Source: Camelus dromedarius (taxonomy: Eukaryota). From it: a stretch of 64,000 nucleotides of DNA. Below are positions 1-12,961 of this stretch, piece after piece. Location of the stretch: assembly GCF_036321535.1 (NCBI RefSeq), contig NC_087437.1:45324001-45388000 (forward strand). The letters are read 5' to 3'. The translations under genes and the position numbers were made by a program. The stretch's first letter is position 1; the number at the start of each line of letters is the position of its first letter. The notes beneath the pieces were generated by a model, which saw nothing but the letters and a program-made list of their open reading frames with translations, ran no database searches and was not told the origin of the DNA.

Positions 1-29
1 CTGTTTCCTATGCCTAAATATTTGGCTTT

Positions 30-165
30 CTCTTTAATACACTCATTACTGAGATTACTGTGATAACGTGAACCCTATTTGACTATATTCTACATCTGTT
101 TTCTCCCTCTGACACACGATAGGCACACAAGGACATTTTATCAAATAAATGAATGTGTAAATGAA
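30..165 (+). mobile_element. L2 LINE 3' end remnant
   Basis: Ends in the L2-type tail GACACACGATAGGCACACAAGGACATTTTATCAAATAAATGAATG. Confidence 0.45.
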
Positions 166-2164
166 GTACAAAGCTTTATATTAGAGCAACTTTGCATTAT
201 GAAGGTCTGTCTGTAGCAAATATTTCTTCTAAGAATTTGCATAGTTAATAGGACTGAGTGGAGTCAGTATACTAGACATTATTCGTGTATATTTTGGGTG
301 TCTTTTTCTAAAAATAATGGCAAAAGGGGGTCAAAGTTTCATAATTATAAACATGATCAAAAATACAAAAATCAAGTACTTTATTAAAATACCTCTAATT
401 TCCGTTAAACTATTCTTTGATACATTATGCAACTTACATGCTTAGACTGACAGGTGCTTATTCTCTGTCAAATGCAATGTAAGTACCAATCTATGTTTTG
501 ATGATATAAAATGTAAAGATTTTGCAGCTCATCTTTTCTTGGCATCCTTGCCCTCATCACCTTCACTGCCTTGCACAGGGGAGCACTGTTTGAGAATGAC
601 CAAGAAAATGAGGCACAGAAATAGCAAAGTGAATGCCATTACCGTACATTAAAAGAATTACCTCACCATCAAATGACTTTTCTGTTCTCTTCCTGACCAC
701 CTAAATGAATAAAGCAGGATAATGACATTCTCATTATTTTAGGAACACATTTGCATTCGTAATGAAAGAGTCCCTAAAGGGCACAGACACCACAGAGGCA
801 ACTGTCTGAATTAATTAAAACTGTTTGCCTGATTAGATAAAGATGCAAGAATAAACTGTATATCAGGAAAAGTTTCTCTCTTTTCATCAAAACACAAGAA
901 TAAACTATTTTTAACACAAAGCCTTACAGAATTAATATTTAGAAGACAGAAAAGAAGTTTGCTTTTATTTCTCTACCTTAAAAAAACAAAACTTTCTACA
1001 GGCCAATAAAAATAATAGCATCTATATTCTATATTTTGCATTTCCTTCTAAATTCTTCAGTAGGTGCTTAATTCGGTCCAGATAGAATAAGACTCTTCAA
1101 AAAGTAAACAACACAAATATCTCAGAATGAAAAAAAATGCATTTAATATTTTTGATTTGAGAATTTTGGTCAATGATTCCTCTAGATTGATTATAATTTC
1201 TTATTTAAAAAAAATGGATACATGTTTATAAACATAAAGAATCATCTGCTCATATATATAACATTCTCCTCAGGGTCAGAAAGCAATCAAACACTTCTTT
1301 CTCATTTAAAAATATGTTTTCAAGTGTGCAAATCAATTTAAATGAGCTATTAATGTACTGTTTAATAGAGCCATTAAAATGTGAATTATCTTGAAATGAT
1401 TGTGTTTCTTTTCCAATATTTTCCTAATACAGCCTCAGTCACAAGGACAAGAGATGTTTCTGAAAGTAACTATTATCCTCAGTGATAAAAACATTGATTT
1501 GAAAAAAAAGAAAGAATACAATAAAAATGCTGGCACATGTCCTTCTAAAATAATTCCACATGAAAACAGGCTCACTTTTATTTTGATCTTCAATTCTAAT
1601 GAGGAAGTAGAACTAGGTGAGAATGTACAACGCTAACTCACAGCAAACACGCTGTTATGTAGTAAAGTAATGTATGGCAAAGATGGTACTTAGTGATGGT
1701 AGAAAACAGAGACTACATGTTTCAGTGGCTTAATAAAAAGTATACGTGAGCAGCCCACTCTCCTGGAGGATGGCACACTGTGGGGTATATGCGCTTGTCT
1801 ATGTTAAACTAATATTAGAAACCACATATCTGGTGAGTTTACTTTTCTAAAATCCAGTTAAAATGACTCTGAGATGTTGAAATGACTTGTCAAAAATGAA
1901 AAATTTCAGCAGATTTTTTCCCTTGTATAACAGCAGAGACAATTGATTGGCTGACTGTTTTTTTTTTCCTTCCAAATTATTTTTTAATACTGGGTGGCAC
2001 ATTTTATAGAATCAGCTTCAAGGTGGTTTTATAACCAATATAGAATATTTTTATCTCAGTGCTGCCCAGGGGACTTCAATAGTAGGCATGTATTAGGAGG
2101 GATATATTGAACAGCAAGATATGTTATAAAGGAGATGGTAGTCTAGGATGAAGGGGATTTGTGC

Positions 2165-2167
2165 AAA

Positions 2168-2206
<39 letters not shown>
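2165..2206. repeat. (AAAT)n microsatellite
   Basis: About 10 perfect AAAT units. Confidence 0.98.
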
Positions 2207-2764
2207 GAAACAGAAAATGCCCTTTGAAGTTCAGATAATGTTTAGATGAGTTCATGTGGAGGAAGAAAGTTTACTTCCAATTGTCATCCAAGAGAGTCCT
2301 ATTGGGGTGATGGTGTTTGTTGTACGTAATATTGGACAAGAAAAGGTAAATTTCAGGAGGCAAAAATTCTCATTAACCGTAGTAGAGAACTGGCAATTCT
2401 CGGAGGAATGAGTAGTTTGGTGGATGTCAGCATAAGATGCAGAAAATGGAAGAGAAGAAAGTAAAGATAGAAAGACAGAGACCTATAGAGGAGGGCAATA
2501 AATGTGATCCTAAAATCTGGTACATTACCTGCAGGAAACTACAGATAGTTAACAGCATAATGATATCCACAGAACAGTGCTTCAAAGGCTAGTGTGTGCC
2601 AGCAAGTTGTAAGATCAGTTGGAGGGGGTGACATGAAGGATGGACATAGGTTTAGTAAGTTACCAGAAAAGTATATGCAAGTTCTGGTTGAGTACACAGG
2701 AGGAGGAGGAGGAGCAAGAAATCACGTAAAATCTTAACACTGTGCTGACCCTAGTATTAACATG

Positions 2765-2970
2765 GAAGCTAACATTCATTAAACTTCTGCTGTGTGTCAG
2801 GCCCTGGGCTATGCACGACACACTGTTTAATTATCACTAGACTGTAATCATAAATAGAAATGATATCTACATCTTACAGATGAGGAAATGGAGATTCTGA
2901 GAGTGCCCAAGTGGAGGCAGGATTTAAATCCAGAATTTCTGACTCCAAAGCCATGTTGTGAACAACTATA
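2765..2970 (-). mobile_element. MIR SINE
   Basis: Reverse-strand MIR core TTACAGATGAGGAAATGGAG ... GGATTTAAATCCAG ... CTGACTCCAAAGCC. Confidence 0.8.
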
Positions 2971-3559
2971 AATGGGATAATTTATTATTCTGAGGAAGAA
3001 AAGAAAAATCAGAGATGACTGAGCTTTGAGGATGAGAGACTGGAAGGAGAGTGCCATTAAAAGAAATTGGGACATTAATCAAAATATTTCTTTCGGTGAG
3101 TCTTGAGCCATGAAGTACTGGGTTTAGTCAAATGGATTTGACCTTATAGCCAAAAAACATCCCTAGGCAGTGAGCCTGCTGAGAGCATTGAGAGGCAGAG
3201 GAAAAGGACCTCACACCAACTGACCATATCTACGCCAGCACTCAAAAATGCGATGTGTTTTATTTCTATGCCTGCCAAGAAAGAAGTGATATAATTCCAA
3301 TTTTCAGATGAAGAAAGGAAGTCCCAGAGCTTAGGCATATTACCCAAAGTTATCTACTGATAAATGACGATGACAAAATTCTATTCTGCATCACCCTCTC
3401 ATCAGAGTCCAATCCCATTTCAAAATACTCAGGTTCAGACCATTTATAAATCTGCTCATTTAATCATGAAGCACACCTCACTTCCCAAAGAATCCAGTGG
3501 CCCTCTCTTCAAAAACAGAAGCTTGCTGGCTCTCTGAGTGAGTGTTAAACTACAATTCT

Positions 3560-4190
3560 TTCATAATAATTATATTAAATATTGATAAGTGTCTAAATAT
3601 TGCCTTCTCACTAGGCAGCTATTTCCGAACTCTTTATTCTTAGTAGACACGACTCCCTACACCTGCAGTTCACTAAATATACTCTCAGATGCCCACCATG
3701 ACCAGCTAGATTCTGAGATCGCCCAGACTCTCCTCAGGGCTCATTCTCTTCGATTTCTCCTTTGACCACATCCTCCTCCCACGATGTCTCCTTGGCTTTC
3801 ATAACACTGTGCGTCTTCCTCTCCTACCTCCTTAACTTCTCTTCTGTGGGCTCTCACTCCTACCTCTTTTCCTGCTACTCTTTTAACACGATCCTTCTCC
3901 TGAAATCCCATCATGCTGGGATGGCTCATTTAATTCAATAAATCTCCCCTACCAGAAATAAATCCCAAAATTGTATCTACTGGCCAGATTTCTACTCCAT
4001 ATTTCAAGATGTGACTTCATGGATATCTTTCCCTTAACTGTTTCCTCCTCCTGGGTTCCTATCTTAATTAATGGTACCATTTTCCTCCTGGCTATGGAGT
4101 CTAGAAATATTAAAGCTAACTTAAGTGTGCCTTTCTCTACGACCCTCTCCTACTAACAAGTTGCCATTCCTCTGCCTCCCCAATATTTTG
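3560..4190 (+). mobile_element. L2 LINE fragment (degenerate)
   Basis: Pyrimidine-rich L2-like sequence, e.g. TTCCTATCTTAATTAATGGTACCATTTTCCTCCTGG. Confidence 0.6.
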
Positions 4191-4204
4191 CATATGACAA
4201 GAAA

Positions 4205-4460
4205 AAGATAACAATGATAAGGATACCACCAACTACACCCACCCATTCTTGGTATACGTTTTCTAGTAGAATTATACCAAGCATTCTCTGCATACTATAT
4301 AATTGAATGCTCACAATAGCACTATAGAGAAGATAGCTGAAGTAAAGAAACTGAGAAGATTCAGAGAACACCTGCCCCTTGATCATACAACTGGGGAAGG
4401 CGGATCGGTGATTCAAACTCGGATGTGACTAACTCAGCCCTGAAGCTCTCTGCTCTCCAG
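4205..4460 (-). mobile_element. MIR SINE
   Basis: AAAGAAACTGAGAAGATTCAGAG ... GATTCAAACTCGGATGTGACT matches the MIR reverse strand. Confidence 0.65.
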
Positions 4461-4924
4461 CCTCATCCTTTCCACTCTCACTTCCACTTTCTGAGTTTGT
4501 TTCTCATCACTTTTTCTTTGAATTAATGCAGGAGCCCCCCTGCCTTTAACTGTAGCCCACCCTCCCAACTGTTCTTTGCAACACATTCATCTTCACAAAA
4601 ACAAGGTTAATTTACAATGCGTCTTCATCAGACATCTTCCCCAGAGCCCTGCCTAGGGGGGAGCAAGTCTTCCTGGACTGGGTGCCCAAAACACTCCTAG
4701 TAACTCAATTTCGTATTCAACAGACATTGAGGCAGTTTTTCTTATGTGCCAGAACTAAAATCTTTACATATGTTAGCTCAATTACTTACTGAGTTTAGAG
4801 ATGGCAAACATAACTTTCTTCTCAGATAGACTTTACATTACTTGAAATATCCATCATTGAATCTTCCTTCCCTACCTTGCCACACCACTGTAACTAATTT
4901 AGGGCCTTGCAAATAGAAATATAA

Positions 4925-5521
4925 GATCATTTATTTAATAGTTATTGAACATCAGCAGCTGTTGCAGACACCAGAACTACATAGACTGCTTATAGGTCTA
5001 AGCAAATTTCAATGTGTAGGTGAGGCAATAATTATGATGAATGTAAAATTTACGTTAAAAGTGGGTACATCAAAAGAGACAGGGAGAGATGAATGGGACA
5101 GGGTCACATTTATGCTGTGAATCGAATTATAGGAAAACATCTCTTGATCAACCATCAGGTAAGTACTTCCTAGTCAGAGAGAAGAGTGGGCAAAGGCTCT
5201 GTAGAGAAAGCCTGACATTTTGCCATGCTTTAGAAATAGCTAGAACATCCGTGTGCTAGACTTTGGTGGATGAGGGAGAGAATGGTATGATAAAAGGAAA
5301 AATCTCTCCTATAGCAAGATCAGATCATGTAAGGCCTTAAAAAGAGTACCAAATTTATCCTAAGTTCAGTAGAAAGTCACTGGAAGATTTTAAACAGGGG
5401 AGCAAAATGACCTCATTTACATTTTTAAAAGATTACTTAGCTGGCCATGTAGAGAATGGATCATTGTGTTCAAAGGTGGAAGCCAGGAGACCAGTAAGGA
5501 GGCTGCTTGAATGGTCTAGGT
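4925..5521 (-). mobile_element. L2 LINE 3' portion
   Basis: CATTTATTTAATAGTTATTGAAC tail, then CAGATCATGTAAGGCCTT ... TTTTAAACAGGGGAG ... GGAAGCCAGGAGACCAGTAAGGAGGCT. Confidence 0.8.
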
Positions 5522-5830
5522 AAGGGATCAGCAAATTTTTCTTGTTGAGGGCCAGCAGATAAATATTTTAAGCTTTGTGGCCATTCAATCTCTGTCATGA
5601 CTACTCAGTTCTCCCACTGTAGCAGAAAATACATTCATAGTCAGCACATAAATAAATGTGCTTGGCTGGGGTGCAATCAAACTTTATTTATGGACATGAA
5701 AATTTGAATTTCATATAATTTTTAAATGTCATCAAATATTCTTTAAAATTTTTTTCAACCACTTAAAAACGTAAAAATCATTCTTACCTTGAAGTAAGTT
5801 TTGTTTTTTTTTTAACAAAAGCAGGCAGTC
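5522..5830. mobile_element. MER58B-like hAT-Charlie MITE
   Basis: AAGGGATCAGCAAATTTT...GGGCCAGCAGATAAATATTTTAAGCTTTGTGGCCA and CTTTATTTATGGACATGAAAATTTGAATTTCATATAATTTT. Confidence 0.85.
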
Positions 5831-7409
5831 TACATGAGCGATGATGGCATAAGTAAGTTCATAGAGATAAAGGTGTACTTGTTGATTTGAGGACTTGAGA
5901 AGGCTGAATTGGAGTAGATAAGAGGGTAGAGAATATTTTAAAAATTATTTTGGGTATACTACGCTCTTGTTTTAAAAAAAATAAGTGTTTCTGAAATTTA
6001 TTTTCTTCTTTGTTAAAATTTTATAACATTGAGAAACTAAATTTCTCATAAGTCAAAGTATCTCATTCGTGAATACTAGTATTTCAATTTATTAGGAAAC
6101 CTGTATTTGTTTTAGCTGGAAATATATTGCCCTGAAAATTATACCTTTTGATTCTAACTCTTCCTTCTGAGACCACACAGAATAATTGGAATCTCTTCCA
6201 AGTAGAAAATGTAGAAAATTTCTAAAATCATCTGTTTTCTTTCTTTCTCCTGTATCTCCAGGATAAACATAACCAGACTTCAAGCCTTCATTTTAAAATC
6301 TGGTTAGAATATCTATCAACCTGGTAGGCCACTCTGGAACTTTATTTTTTTCTTAGTATCTTCCTTACAACTGGACATAAAGTATTCCATTGTCTTAAAT
6401 TATCAACAAGACTATATAACGTCTCACTTACCTTTGATACAAGGGTAATGAGAGCTTTCAAATAATAAGACTAAATGCAAATCAGTCTATGTCACCATCT
6501 AGATAATTTAGCTTTATTTAACTCAAGGACCAGACACACAGAGTACTGAGGGATTAACTATCACTCAGTCTACAAACTCTTCCTTCACTTTTCTAGGTCA
6601 CTTCCAGAGCAGCCTTAGAGTACAGCAGGAATTACTTACAGCAGAGGCCAAAATCCTGTAACTACAAGCTTCAAGTCAAAATACTACCAATGACATCCAT
6701 TGAGCAGGTTCAAACCATAAATCTCACCTCTGCCTAGAGAAGAGTCAGAAATTATTTACCCTGTTAGATAAAGCATTACTTCATCCCAATGAATCAAACA
6801 TGAGAAGCATCAAAGTTCTTTTTATCTCCTTCGTGTCTTTCTTTTTTATTGTATATTTGATTGTTGAGGATCCTGCTTTCTATTTTTTCCGCTTTGGATA
6901 TGAAAATATGTTCTGAGGATAATCACAAAATACAGATGAGCTCCTTTTTACAAACTTTATTCCAGAAACAGTTTTTTAAAATGAAAACCCAGAAATAAAC
7001 AAGTAGAGTTGTTTTTCTGGATGAAGTGTATGAAGTCCTATTGAGCAATGCATAACTGCCCTCCCCTGGAGGACAAAGCACACTTAGGAAACTAATACAC
7101 TTGTGTTCTCTCTGGCACCATTGTTGCCTTAACACTCATCGTTATCAGTGACTATGGCTTGATCTTCCCTAGGAACAGCTGCCTTTATATTTGACTTCCA
7201 AAATCAATTTTCTCCAGGAACCCAGTTCCACTAATGACGGGTGTGGTGATTGTGTAAACAGTATCATAGATTCATACTTGGACAAATGGCATTCAGTAGC
7301 AAAAAAAAAAAACAAAAAAAAAAACCCACAGCAAAGCACACACAAAAAGTTGTTTTCTTCCGATTGAAAACACTGCGAATGTTTAGTTTGAAGAGAACAA
7401 AATCTTTTC

Positions 7410-7690
7410 ATTGTGAGAGCTCCAAATCAATGGTGATACAGTAGAAAAACAGAAATCACTCCAGGAATTTCAAAGGAAGAGAATTTAATACGCAGGATTA
7501 GTTTCATACATGATAGAATATCTGAGAAGTCAAAGAGGAGACAGTGAGGAAATCCAGGTATTAAAAACAACAAATAGCAGCTACAATGTCTGGGACAGGA
7601 AGAATGCAGGGAGGAAGCAGTCACCCAAAGCACATGGAAGGATTTAGAATCACACATCTGTAGAGACTACCTGGCAGGAATTAGGATATC
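7410..7690 (-). mobile_element. Ancient ERV LTR fragment (LTR78-like)
   Basis: AAAACAGAAATCACTCCAGGAATTTCAAAGGAAGAGAATTTAATAC ... GAGAAGTCAAAGAGG resembles LTR78. Confidence 0.6.
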
Positions 7691-8170
7691 AAAGAGGCTA
7701 AATAGCGAGGGATACATTGGTTCATTTTCCTGAAGATTCTTCAAGTGTGGCTTTATCCTGGCTCAAGCAATGCGATCAGGGCCTGGTTTCATCATTTGCA
7801 ATTTTTTGGCTCTTGTTTTTTGTTTTTTGTTTTGGTGTGATTTCTAGCTCAGCTCTACTCTATTGGTCCAGAAACAGCAGTTAGATGCTGCCTGCTTCCT
7901 TGTTCTTAACCAGTGGGAAAAAGAGAATGCTTTATTCTTCCACTTATTGAAAAAACTGGGGACGTAATTCAGGTAAGGACAGTTCAAGACAGGTGCCCAT
8001 TTTTGTTCTTAGCACTGTAACAAAAGAGAATAGATTAAAACGAGTGGCCTGAGCCCATCTAGTCCTACCCCTAGGGCTTGAGGTGGGTCGGTTCCACCCA
8101 AAATGCCTGCTGGCCCTTCAAGGGAGCATGAGTGAATTAAAACCAGGGGCAGTTATAAATGATGCCTACA
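7690..8170 (-). mobile_element. Old MaLR LTR (MLT1J/K/L-like)
   Basis: GGCTTTATCCTGGCTCAAG, GGGAAAAAGAGAATGC, CAGGTGCCCATTTTTG and CCCTAGGGCTTGAGGTGGG motifs; ends GCCTACA. Confidence 0.55.
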
Positions 8171-8449
8171 TTGTAACATCTTTGTGAATTCAAGCCTGAA
8201 ACTCTAGGCAAAATCAAGGTTTCCCCATAATATCTTAATTATTCCAGAATGACAATGAATGAAACTATTATTGAAGTAATAGATCAGTAAACTAATAATT
8301 CAGTTAATCATTAAATCAATATGAATATGTTTAATGATGTAAAAAAAATAGATTATAGGGAAGCTTTGGAGATTAATAGAACTTTCATAATGTAACAACC
8401 CTTAAAGCCCAACTTTGAGGCATTCAACACCATTATTTACCACATTAAC

Positions 8450-8700
8450 AATTATTATAGTAACAGTCACTATTTACTGGGAACCTACTCTGTGCTAAGA
8501 ACTATTGGAGGTACACTTCCTGCAATAACACATTTAATTTTTACAACAAACGAATGAGGTACTTTTATTATCTACATTTTATAAATGAGAAAAGTGACCT
8601 CAGAGAGGTTCACTAACTAGCCCAACATTACTCAGTGAGAAGATGCAAGAGCTGGAAATCAAACGTAAACATTCTACCACCACAGGAACTTACTGTCTAT
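8450..8700 (-). mobile_element. MIR SINE
   Basis: CACTATTTACTGGGAACCTACTCTGTGCTAAG ... CATTTTATAAATGAGAAAAGTGACCTCAGAGAGGTT. Confidence 0.8.
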
Positions 8701-8929
8701 GCTAACCTAGGAAACTTATGGAAACTAGGGGAAAAAATACAGGTAAAAGCTTGAATTAGACCTCATTCTTGGGGAAAAAAAAAGCATCTGGGGTGATATT
8801 ACATTGATCCGATCTTATGGAAAAACTGTCACCATTCCCAATTTCATTCAAATATTTGAAATAATTTTCCCTTGACTGGAAATGTTCTTCATATTTATTA
8901 TATTGTATAGCTTCCCATCTTAAAGCGCC

Positions 8930-9390
8930 ACCTTAAAATTCAGTGTTTCTCACTTTCTCACAAAATAGAGTGTAAATTCATTACCCTGGCATTTGGAACG
9001 TCCATAATCAGGTCTCAATCTTCCTGCTCAACTTTCACTCCCATCACTCCCAATCACACACTCTGTATTTCAGCAGCACTTTCCAATAAATGTGCCATTT
9101 TCCATAGTGTTTTACAGATCTTTCAGCTAAATTCCAACTCCTCCACAAAACTTCCTTAATTCTCTGAGCTGAATATAATATGCTTTAAAAAAATTCTGAA
9201 AATTTATACCCAGAATCTGTTGTAACACTTTTTACAGCATACATTTTATCATTATCAAATATTCATGGCATTTGCTACTGAAATGCAGGTTTCTAGGTGG
9301 CCAAGATCATACCTTACTCAATTGTGTATTCATGAAGCTGTCAACACAGAGCTCATTAATGTGTCTAATAGGTTGTTAATGGGAAATAAA
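8930..9390 (+). mobile_element. L2 LINE 3' portion
   Basis: AAAATAGAGTGTAAATTCATTACCCTGGCATTTGG ... 3' tail at about 9340-9390. Confidence 0.6.
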
Positions 9391-9505
9391 TAGTATTTTA
9401 CCCTGTAGTTTCAAGCATCTGTATCTCAAGTCAAAGGAGGAAGTATGAAAACTTACAAGTAATCCTATTATTAGAATTACCTGCTTTTATAAAAGTAATT
9501 GATAC

Positions 9506-9540
9506 ATCTATTATCAATAGATTATCTATTGATAATAGAT
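9506..9540. repeat. Perfect inverted repeat (17-bp arms, 1-nt spacer)
   Basis: ATCTATTATCAATAGAT-T-ATCTATTGATAATAGAT; the arms are exact reverse complements. Confidence 0.97.
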
Positions 9541-10091
9541 AAAAAAGAGTACATGATACATTGCAGAAAAGTCTGTTTCGTACTTTGCGAGATTCAATTA
9601 TCATTAATAATTTTAAACATTTGATGTATACTTTTATTGCTTTTCACGTCCCCAAATTCAGAAACATGATGTCTTTAAGGAATTCTGCCTTTTCATGTGT
9701 TTTTTCTTACTTTCTGATTAATTTTTATAATAATGTGTTCTGATTTCCCTTTTATCATTTTGGAAAATATGAGTTATGACTTTCTCAGACTCTTAAACTT
9801 TTTTTTGTATTGTAAAAAAGGCAAAAAAATCAACTAGGGTTAACCTGACAGTTTATATTACCTATCAGTAATATTCTACAACAAAATTTAATTAATCAAA
9901 ATTGCTATTTAGTTTCTGTGGACCAGGATTGTAATAAAAAGGTTAATATTAAATCTCTTAAATAATTAATATCTAAGCACAAGTTTTTCATTAGATAACG
10001 TGCAAAGCAGAGAAGTAAGTTATCAAGAGGTCAGGAGAGAGCCCTGCTGAATTTTGATTTGAGGTTGGAGAAGAATAGGAAAGTTTTAGAT

Positions 10092-10288
10092 CAGTACTTT
10101 CTAATAGAGCTTTTTTTGGTGAGATTAGAAATGCCCATTTTCATTGTCTAACATGGAAACCACATATGCTATTGTACACGTGAGGTGTGTCTAATGTCAA
10201 AGAGGAAATTTATTTTTAATGTTCATTTAATGTTAATTTAAATTTCAATGCTACATGTGGCAAGTGGCTCCCATATTGGATAGTGCAG
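10092..10288. mobile_element. MER3-like hAT-Charlie MITE
   Basis: TIR-like ends CAGTACTTTCTAATAG / ATATTGGATAGTGCAG; flanked by 8-bp TCTAGA-type sites TTTTAGAT / GTCTAGAG. Confidence 0.85.
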
Positions 10289-11520
10289 GTCTAGAGTATA
10301 ATGTGTTCAGAACAGGTCCCTACGTGGAATTGGTACCAGGAAGTGCTGTGCAGACATGTAGCAGAAGACAGCATTGGGATCTAGAGTTAAATTGTAGAAA
10401 AGATGCTTAAACAGAGAACAGGAGAATGCCAAACACAGGTTTGCACTACTTTATAATTATGTCTTGAATTTCCCTTGCTCATCTTCAGAAGTTATTTTAG
10501 TGTGGAGGAAGAGACTAGAAGAGTTACCAGTTTTTTCCCCAATTCTCATTCTATACTTGACAAATACTTGTTGATGGAATACATATGAGTAAGGAAATTA
10601 AATTACTAATGTAAATACTTAAAATAAATTCCCCACTGGAAAAAAATCATCAACATAAGTGAGAGGAGAGGAATTTCATGATCCACGTATCAACTTGATT
10701 TAGCAATCAGAAGATACACAATTGAGACAAATAAAGAGTACAACTAAGATAAAAAAATTCTTTTGTGTTTAAGCAAGTATTCATATCCATCTGTATATAC
10801 AACTCTAGCAAGTTGGCATTAATGTTTTTAGGTATATTCTCCATTCTTCTTTCAGTTTTGTAGCTATAAATCAAGGTATTAACTTAATAAGTAGTATATA
10901 ATGGTTTTTAAGCGTTAGTTACCAAAGTCATTGTCGACAAAGTAATTTCAACATCAGGGAGAAATGTTACCATCATGTTTCCGTTCTATTAAGAAAAAGG
11001 ATCTTAGGACAAGGTAAATGTCAATTACTTATTACCATAGTATTCCCTCTAGTTCAATGGTATGATAAAAATGCCACCAATTATCATTTTGTTGAAAACC
11101 CTTCATAATGAGAACCTGTTAAGCTAACGATGAGACAGGTGTTCATCATTTAAGGGACTCCTGAGAAGACCACACACTTAGCCATTAATAACATCTCTGA
11201 GACATTTTTCCATCTATGGATTCCATAAAAACCTGGTTTCACTAGCATCTGGATCATTAATGAGAAAAATAAACAAAAGGATTAGTTAAATTAAGATTGG
11301 TATTTTGTAAAATTTTAAAGAAAACCCAATTAGATCAAGATGTTTAAGTCTTCTTCATTTAATATTCAAAAATCATAATCATAAGGGTACAAGTGTATTT
11401 CAGATTTACAAAAGGATGTTGATAAAATTTTAGGAGCTCCCAACTTGATTAAAATTAAATTTTACCAAGTATGTACTAAGTGTAGGTCACTATTCAGGTA
11501 AAGTAAATAGAAATAAAGTA

Positions 11521-11790
11521 AGTATTAATTTACTAGGGCTCCTGAAATAATGTATCATAGACTGGTGGCTTATACTGCAGACATTTATTTTTTTCACAGT
11601 TCTGGAGGTTAGAAGTCCAAGATCAAGGGGTCAACAGGGTTGATTCCTTCTGAAGCTTCTCTTCTTGCCTGTGTTTGTTGTGTCCTAACAGGTTTCTCAT
11701 AAGGACACCAGTCATATTGGATCAGACCCATCCTAATATTAGACCTCATTTTAACTTAATTACCTCTTGAAAGGCCCTATGTCCAAACAT
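11521..11790 (-). mobile_element. MLT1B-like MaLR LTR
   Basis: CACAGTTCTGGAGGTTAGAAGTCCAAGATCAAGG ... ATAAGGACACCAGTCATATTGGAT. Confidence 0.88.
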
Positions 11791-11809
11791 GGGAAATTAT
11801 TACATTCCT

Positions 11810-12735
11810 TTCTTTTAATTTTATTGTCATAAGAACACTAAACATGAGATCAACCTCTTAATAAAATTTTAAGTGTACAATACCCTATTGTTATGGGTAC
11901 AGTGTTGTATAACAAATATCTAGATATCTAGATCTTATTTATTTTGAAAAGTTTAGACTTTATGCTTTTTGATTAGCAACTCCTCATTCCACCATCCTCC
12001 CAGTCCCTGCCAACCACCATCCTACATTCTGATTCTATGAAATTGACTATTTCAGGTATCTCATATACATAGATGCTATATACATTCTTCTTTGACTGGA
12101 TTAGTTCATTTAGCATAAGGGCCCCAAGGTTCATGCACGTTCTCACATACTGCAAGTTTTCCATTTTTTTTCAAGGCATAATAGTATTCTACTGTGTACA
12201 TACTACAGTTTCTTTATCCATTTATCCATCAATGGATACTTAGGTTGCTTCCATAACTTGGCTATTTTGAATAGTGTTCCAATGAACATTGGAGAGCTAA
12301 TATCTCTTTGAGATTCTAATTTCAATTATTTTGGATAAATCCTTAGAAGTGGGATTGCTGGATCATATGGTAGTTCTCTTTTTATTTTTGAAAAATCTCT
12401 ATACTGTTTTCCATAGTGGCTGTACCATTTTGCATTCTCATCAATAGAAGACAAGAGTTCCAATTTCTCCATGTCCTTGCCAGCATTTCTTGTCTTCTGT
12501 TTTTTCAACAATAGGCATTCTAACAGGTGTGATGTGATATGTCATTACGTTTTTGATTTACATTTCCCTGATGATTAGTGATTTTAATCATCTTTTCATC
12601 TACCTGTTGGCCATTTGTATGTCTTCTTTGGAGAAAGGTCTGTTCAATCTTTAGACCTTTTTTTTTAAATCAAGTTATTATTTTTTTTGCTTTTGATTTG
12701 TAGAAATTCCTTACAGTTTTTAAAAATTAACCCTT
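11810..12735 (-). mobile_element. L1 (L1MA/L1MB-type) 3' end with ORF2 C-terminal remnant
   Basis: ORF 12326-12511 translates as the L1 ORF2 C-terminus (ELPYDPAIPLLRIYPK); typical 3'UTR follows. Confidence 0.92.
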
Positions 12736-12961
12736 GCTTTTGTTTGTTTACCAGTTTAATTAGCAACTCCGTTTTATTTTGTCTTTGGTTGATGGAAGAA
12801 AATAGTATTTTCCATCAAACTATTTACATGACTAAATTGAAAGGTATAGAATATAATTACCCAGAAAATGACATTCACAAAATAATTTTTTAAATGAGCA
12901 TGATAAATTATTTTTTGTAATTAATATTCATTGACTATTATTCATTTTTGTTTTCTTCATG

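Noticed and set aside
6432..6470. 39-nt minus-strand exon (AAG|GTAAGT donor)
   Set aside because: Strong donor but poor polypyrimidine tract and unrecognised peptide; expected by chance in 64 kb.
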